DNA of 64,000 bases from Myxococcota bacterium (GTDB taxonomy: Bacteria > Myxococcota_A > UBA9160 > UBA6930): positions 192,001-256,000 of the forward strand of contig OZ245015.1 in assembly GCA_965223705.1 (NCBI GenBank), read 5' to 3'. The notes under the pieces are model-generated. The model saw nothing but the letters and a program-made list of their open reading frames with translations, ran no database searches and was not told the origin of the DNA. Every line of letters starts with the position of its first letter. The first letter of the stretch is position 1. A program made the translations under genes and the position numbers. Shown here piece by piece: positions 59,626 through 64,000 of the stretch.

Positions 59626-60349
59626 CGTCGACGCCGCGCTTGGCGAAGAGCCCTCCCGCCACAGCTCCGATCAGGTAGAGCACGAATAGCGGGCCGGCGA
59701 GCAAGACCTGGCTGATGATATCCGGCGGCGTGAGCACGGCTCCGAGCACGAAAGCGACGAGCAGGCCGTACTTGCTTCCCGTGATCAGCCGCCGCGTGGT
59801 CACCAGTCCGGTCGCTGCCGCAAAGAACACGAGAACCGGCAGCTCGAAGCCGATGCCGAATGCGACGAACAAGCGCGTGGTGAGCGCGAACACTTCGCGC
59901 ATCGTCCAGGCCGACGCGACGAAGTCCGTCGCAAAGCCGGAGAAGAACTCGAAGACGAGCGGGAAGACCAAGCCGTAGCCGAAACTCGCGCCGCCGGCGA
60001 ACAGGACCGTCGAAGCGAGGACGAAGGGCACGGCGAAACGTTTCTCATTGGCGTAGAGACCCGGGGCGACGAAGGCCCAGACCTGCCAGAAGAACACCGG
60101 CGTCGATAGGACAAACCCCGCCAAGAGTGCGCACTTCAGATACGTGAAGAAGATTTCCGTCGGTGCGATCGCCTGCAGGGGTGCATCCGGTCCGAGGGCC
60201 GCGAGCGCGGGGGCGAGCAGCGCGCCGAAGATCTCCTCGCGCAGCTTCCAGCACAGGACCGACGCGGCGCCCCAGGCGAGCAAGATCCAGATGATGCGAC
60301 GGCGGAGCTCCGCCAGGTGCTCCGTGAGCGGGAGCTCGGCGTCATCCAC
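59597..60349 (-). CDS. tatC: Twin-arginine translocase TatC
   Basis: [31 protein letters not shown]. Confidence 0.96.
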   Translation of the reverse strand: MDDAELPLTEHLAELRRRIIWILLAWGAASVLCWKLREEIFGALLAPALAALGPDAPLQAIAPTEIFFTYLKCALLAGFVLSTPVFFWQVWAFVAPGLYANEKRFAVPFVLASTVLFAGGASFGYGLVFPLVFEFFSGFATDFVASAWTMREVFALTTRLFVAFGIGFELPVLVFFAAATGLVTTRRLITGSKYGLLVAFVLGAVLTPPDIISQVLLAGPLFVLYLIGAVAGGLFAKRGVDAKTLPPAQR

Positions 60350-60614
60350 CGCTAGGCGGATCCTCTTCGCCGGACGGTGTCGATGTGGCAGCGGACTGCG
60401 GTGCGTTCTTCGCCGGGGCGCCCGGAGTCTCGGGCGGTTCCGGCTTGTCTTCCGCGGCTTCGATGAGGCTCGAGCGCAAGTCGGAGGACGCCCGGCGGAA
60501 TTCCGCCATTCCGCGGCCGAGAGAACGCGCCATTTCGGGAAGTTTGCTCGGGCCGAAGATCAGGAGCGCCACCACGAGGATGACGAGAAGCTCAGGTAGG
60601 CCGATTCCAAACAC
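60342..60614 (-). CDS. Twin-arginine translocase TatA/TatB-family subunit
   Basis: [22 protein letters not shown]....EF; overlaps tatC start. Confidence 0.92.
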   Translation of the reverse strand: MFGIGLPELLVILVVALLIFGPSKLPEMARSLGRGMAEFRRASSDLRSSLIEAAEDKPEPPETPGAPAKNAPQSAATSTPSGEEDPPSGG

Positions 60615-60650
60615 AAGGACCCCGCGGTTACGTCGAATCTAGCCTGTGCG

Positions 60651-60785
60651 GTGGCCCGCCGCTCCGCGTCGCAACGCGATCGCGCTCCCCCCATTTTCAG
60701 CGCGATCGGCCGCTCTGCGGAACGACGGGCCCACTCTCCAACCTCTCGGGGGCGGGCTCGGCTGCCCGCCGACCTTCATCATCGT
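60651..60785 (-). ncRNA. Candidate structured small RNA B (or long tat leader)
   Basis: 5' hairpin 60751-60770; long hairpin 60651-60734 with four G.U pairs valid only on the - strand; begins at the predicted +1 of a sigma54 promoter. Confidence 0.55.
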
Positions 60786-60795
60786 GCACATCTTC

Positions 60796-60811
60796 TTCAA
60801 GAGTCGTGCCA
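60796..60811 (-). promoter_or_regulatory. sigma54 promoter
   Basis: TGGCAC-GACTC-TTGAA (C->A variant at -12). Confidence 0.7.
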
Positions 60812-60827
60812 CGCCTCGGGAATTCCC

Positions 60828-60840
60828 TAACCGCTTGATT
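60828..60840 (-). promoter_or_regulatory. IHF-binding site
   Basis: AATCAA-GCGG-TTA, exact WATCAAN4TTR match just upstream of the -24 element. Confidence 0.7.
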
Positions 60841-60887
60841 TTCCTCTCGTTGGACCCACTGGGGCGGCGGCACCCCGACCGCTCTTG

Positions 60888-60903
60888 CGTTCCGATCGGA
60901 ACG
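60888..60903. promoter_or_regulatory. Perfect 16 bp palindrome, candidate enhancer (UAS)
   Basis: CGTTCCGATCGGAACG centred about 110 bp upstream of the predicted +1. Confidence 0.5.
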
Positions 60904-60966
60904 ACACACGCAACTCCGCCGCCAACCACCTCGCGGAGCGCGATTTTCGAACCGTACAAAGCGGAA

Positions 60967-60996
60967 CATCAAGCGCGCGCGATCGCACACCGATAG
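60967..60996 (+). promoter_or_regulatory. sigma28/FliA-like promoter
   Basis: CATCAA-N16-ACCGATAG, 7 nt before GTG 61004. Confidence 0.55.
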
Positions 60997-61003
60997 ACCT
61001 TCC

Positions 61004-61840
61004 GTGTGGGTTCCTCGACACGAAAAACTGAGAATCGCCGGGCTCGTCATCGCCCTTTTCCTGGCGCAGTCCGCGGGCGGTGAGATTTACCGTTGGGTGG
61101 ACGCTCAGGGTCGTGTGCATTTCACCCAAAATCTCTCCCAGGTGCCGCCGGATCAGCGCAAGAGCGCGTCACCCGCGGCACAGAGCGATCGCATTCAGGT
61201 CTATGACGCCCCCGCGACCACCCCCCGCCGGGTGAACCGTCACAAACAGGCGCATCGGGTTCCCTTCGTCAGTCGGGCCCAGGTCATGCTCGTTCAGGCG
61301 AAGATCGACGACGCGATCACGTTGACGTCGCTCGTCGATTCCGGTGCGAGCGTCGTCGTGGTCCCGACGCGCGTCGCGCAGGCTCTCGGCTACGACTTGG
61401 GACCCGGCGTGCGTCGTATTCCGATGCAGACCGCGAACGGCACCGTCATGCAGCCCGTCATCACCCTTCGCTCCGTCGAGCTCGGAAGCGCACGCGTCGA
61501 GAACGTCACGGCGGTCGTGAGCGACAGCATGAGTCAGGGCCTGATCGGGGGCTCGTTCATCAACAACTTCGTCTATCAAGTCGACGCCGCCGACCAAGTC
61601 ATCGTGCTCCGACCCAACGACCGCGTCCGCAGCGGTGCCAGCCGCGCGCAATGGCAGCGGAGTTTCCGCGACGTGCGCGGGGCACTGATGCGGGTGGATC
61701 GCTACCTCGACGAGAACGAACTCACCGACGCATCGCGCGTCCGAGAACTCGAGTCTCGTCGCAGCGCGCTTCGCGAAGAATTGGCGCAGCTCGAAAAAGC
61801 TGCGAACAACGCCGGAGTCCCCCAAGCATGGCGCGACTAG
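61004..61840 (+). CDS. Secreted DUF4124-like + retropepsin-like aspartic protease + coiled coil
   Basis: IYRWVDAQGRVHFT, LVDSGAS, QTANG, LIG.SF. Confidence 0.85.
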   Translation: MWVPRHEKLRIAGLVIALFLAQSAGGEIYRWVDAQGRVHFTQNLSQVPPDQRKSASPAAQSDRIQVYDAPATTPRRVNRHKQAHRVPFVSRAQVMLVQAKIDDAITLTSLVDSGASVVVVPTRVAQALGYDLGPGVRRIPMQTANGTVMQPVITLRSVELGSARVENVTAVVSDSMSQGLIGGSFINNFVYQVDAADQVIVLRPNDRVRSGASRAQWQRSFRDVRGALMRVDRYLDENELTDASRVRELESRRSALREELAQLEKAANNAGVPQAWRD

Positions 61841-62346
61841 TAAGCCTGTGCATCGCGACCTTCGCGGTTCTCGGTATCAGTGGATCGGCCGAAGCCGAGA
61901 TCTACCGTTGCGTAGCGCGGGACGGAACCGTCACGTACACCAGTAGCGAGTCCGCTTGTCCCGGAGCCAAGCCCCACAAGCTGCGCGGACGAATCGAGCG
62001 CGTGAACAAAGCGCCGCCGCCGGCGCGCGCCGTACGGCGCCCACAACCCGCCCCCGAGGCGGGTCAGGCCGCGCAGTGGCGAGCCAAGAAGGCGGCCGCG
62101 AAACAACAGCTCGATGTGACGACCCAACGCAGCGAGCAGTTCCGACACTTCGTTACCTGGTGCAACCGCGGCGGGGACCTCTACCAGACCGACCGGTCCG
62201 GTTTGCGTCGGCAATACTCCTGCGAAGATGCGGATCGCGAGTGGGAGAACGCGAAGCGGCAACGCGACGCGGCGGCTCAATATCTCGCAGAGGGACTCGA
62301 AGAGGAATGCCGGCGGTCGGGCTGCCTGCCCGGTTGGATTCGCTGA
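61828..62346 (+). CDS. Secreted DUF4124-like protein, Cys-rich
   Basis: ATG 61828 after GGAG; signal peptide ending AEA; IYRCVARDGTVTYT; C-terminal GCLPGWIR. Confidence 0.75.
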   Translation: MARLVSLCIATFAVLGISGSAEAEIYRCVARDGTVTYTSSESACPGAKPHKLRGRIERVNKAPPPARAVRRPQPAPEAGQAAQWRAKKAAAKQQLDVTTQRSEQFRHFVTWCNRGGDLYQTDRSGLRRQYSCEDADREWENAKRQRDAAAQYLAEGLEEECRRSGCLPGWIR

Positions 62347-62349
62347 GGC

Positions 62350-63723
62350 CTACGACGGAGGCGGCGACGAAATCCCGTAGCGATCCATTTTGCGCTTGAG
62401 TACGCGACGCGTAATTCCCAACGCTTCCGCGGCTCGGGTTTGATTCCAGTTCGCCCGCGTAAGAGCCTCACGGAGGATCTGCCGTTCGAAACTTGTCGTC
62501 GCTTGATCGAGTTTCAGGTTCCCTTCGACGACTTCGCCTTGGAGCGCGCGCACATCGCTTCTGCGTCGGAACGACTCCGGAAGATCCTCGACGCGAACAG
62601 CCTCGCCCGGTGCGAGTGCGACGCAACGCTCGACCACGTTCTGTAGTTCGCGAACGTTGCCAGGCCACGCGTGTCGCTCGAGCACCCGGAGGGCCTCGGC
62701 GTCGAAGCGCTTCGGGCCGCGCCCTTCGCGCGCCCTCGCCCGCTCGATGAACGCTTGCGCGAGCCGCGCGATATCTCCCTCGCGCTCGCGGAGCGGCGGA
62801 ACGTGGATCGGGATGACGTGGATGCGAAAAAAGAGGTCCTGACGGAAGCGCCCCGCCGCCACTTCGGCCTCGAGGTCGCGATGCGTGGCGGCCACCAGCC
62901 GCGCGGTTATTTCGATTTCTTGACCGCCCCCGACGCGTTCGATCACGCGCTCCTGTAGAGCCCGCAGAAGTTTGGCCTGAACACCCAAGCCGAGTTCAGC
63001 CACTTCATCGAGGAAAAGCGTGCCGGAGCCCGCGGCTTCAAACTTCCCGACGCGGCGTTCTACAGCGTCGGTGAAAGCGCCGCGTTCGTGCCCGAAGAGT
63101 TCGCTTTCGAGAAGTGCGTCCGGGATGGCCGCGCAGTTCACCGCGACGAAGGGCTCGTCGCGACGGAGGCCGGTTTCGTGAATGGCCCGCGCGACGAGCT
63201 CCTTGCCCGTTCCACTCTCGCCGGTAATGAGTACGTTGGCCGAGTTCAGGGCGACCCGTTCGAGGGTATCGCGCAGCGTGCGCATCGCGGGACTGTCGCC
63301 GAGGAGCGCAGCCTCGGCGCCTTTTTGTGGTGGCAGGTCGGGCTCCTTCTCCGGCGCGTCCGGCGCCGCGCCGGCGACGAGCTTCGCAACGCGCTCGCGC
63401 AACTCCGCAGCTTCGAAGGGCTTCGTGATGTAGTCGCTCGCGCCGAGCCGCATCGCTTCGACGGCGCTTTCGACGGTCCGCGTCGCGGTCACGACGACAA
63501 CCGGGGGTACGCCGCCGCTCTCGCGCCAAGCGGCGAGGAAATCGAGACCGCTCTCGCCCGGCATGATGAGATCCAAGAGGATGAGGTCCGGCGCGTGTTC
63601 GGCCAACGCGGCGAGCCCCTCGCGTACCGACGCCGCCGTGTGAACTTCGTGTGCACCGCGAAGGATCATGCGAAGGGATTCACGAACCCCCCGCTCGTCA
63701 TCAATGACCAGCACCCGCCCCAT
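62350..63723 (-). CDS. NtrC-family sigma54-dependent response regulator
   Basis: Receiver (DD..D..KP), GESGTGKE, GAFTDA, WPGNVREL, Fis HTH. Confidence 0.95.
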   Translation of the reverse strand: MGRVLVIDDERGVRESLRMILRGAHEVHTAASVREGLAALAEHAPDLILLDLIMPGESGLDFLAAWRESGGVPPVVVVTATRTVESAVEAMRLGASDYITKPFEAAELRERVAKLVAGAAPDAPEKEPDLPPQKGAEAALLGDSPAMRTLRDTLERVALNSANVLITGESGTGKELVARAIHETGLRRDEPFVAVNCAAIPDALLESELFGHERGAFTDAVERRVGKFEAAGSGTLFLDEVAELGLGVQAKLLRALQERVIERVGGGQEIEITARLVAATHRDLEAEVAAGRFRQDLFFRIHVIPIHVPPLREREGDIARLAQAFIERARAREGRGPKRFDAEALRVLERHAWPGNVRELQNVVERCVALAPGEAVRVEDLPESFRRRSDVRALQGEVVEGNLKLDQATTSFERQILREALTRANWNQTRAAEALGITRRVLKRKMDRYGISSPPPS

Positions 63724-63755
63724 CAGAGCGGAAGGTAACAGCTCTCACGCCGGTT

Positions 63756-63998
63756 TCAGGAGGCCGCGGGCAGGTCGATCGCGAGAAGTCCCAGCGTGGT
63801 CTCCGTATCGAGCGTCAGGGTGCCGCCAGCAGAAGCAAATACGGCGTCGGCAAGCGTCAACGCGAGCGAAGCGCGCGCGGGTGCCAAGTCGCCGGCGCCA
63901 AGTCGGTCGGAGATTCCCGGGAATCGGAGCAGTAGCCGAACCGATGGGGCTTCGTCACCGCGGACTACGCTTCGCCGCACGGAGAGATAGAGATCGCG
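63756..63998 (-). CDS. Partial CDS; C terminus resembles a degenerate histidine-kinase ATPase domain
   Basis: Frame is open to the window edge; SLALTLA..V....GGTLTL....LAIDLP parallels the GLGL..I....HGG.I....F...LP end of HATPase_c. Confidence 0.5.
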   Translation of the reverse strand, partial: RDLYLSVRRSVVRGDEAPSVRLLLRFPGISDRLGAGDLAPARASLALTLADAVFASAGGTLTLDTETTLGLLAIDLPAAS

Positions 63999-64000
63999 GC

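Noticed and set aside
60639..61129. Short ORFs listed in the tat-protease intergenic region
   Set aside because: No recognisable motifs; they overlap promoter elements and RNA-like structure

Overview
High-GC bacterial core-chromosome window. It is most consistent with a Myxococcota/deltaproteobacteria-like organism (inferred from the split atp operon, parAB-bactofilin-atpF'F order, a MXAN_5187-type protein and a DigR-like regulator). It spans the probable replication-origin region (gyrA-gyrB-dnaN <> rpmH-rnpA-yidD-yidC-jag-parS-rsmG-parA-parB-bactofilin), but dnaA, recF, mnmE and mnmG are missing from their usual positions. It also carries both halves of the F-type ATP synthase, uvrA, hemL, bioB, radA, eno, tRNA-Ala(CGC), a sigma54-driven porin-PII pair, argH-dapF-dapA-dapB, PBP1b-lspA, a tal-IclR-acyl-CoA dehydrogenase-malic enzyme-propionyl-CoA carboxylase cluster, tat genes and an NtrC-family activator. 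I saw no IS, prophage or CRISPR array. The strongest unexplained signal is non-coding. Two unlinked intergenic loci (about 4.4 kb, + strand; about 60.7 kb, - strand) each have a sigma54-type promoter followed by an 83-84 nt G.U-rich hairpin with a GAAAA..AUGGGG loop and shared short motifs, suggesting an undescribed small-RNA family. Other points: repeated leaderless promoter geometry, a shared sigma28-like promoter, an unannotated LptM-like lipoprotein, and an aldolase/KdsD-like gene pair. All calls are by eye; no searches or folding programs were run.
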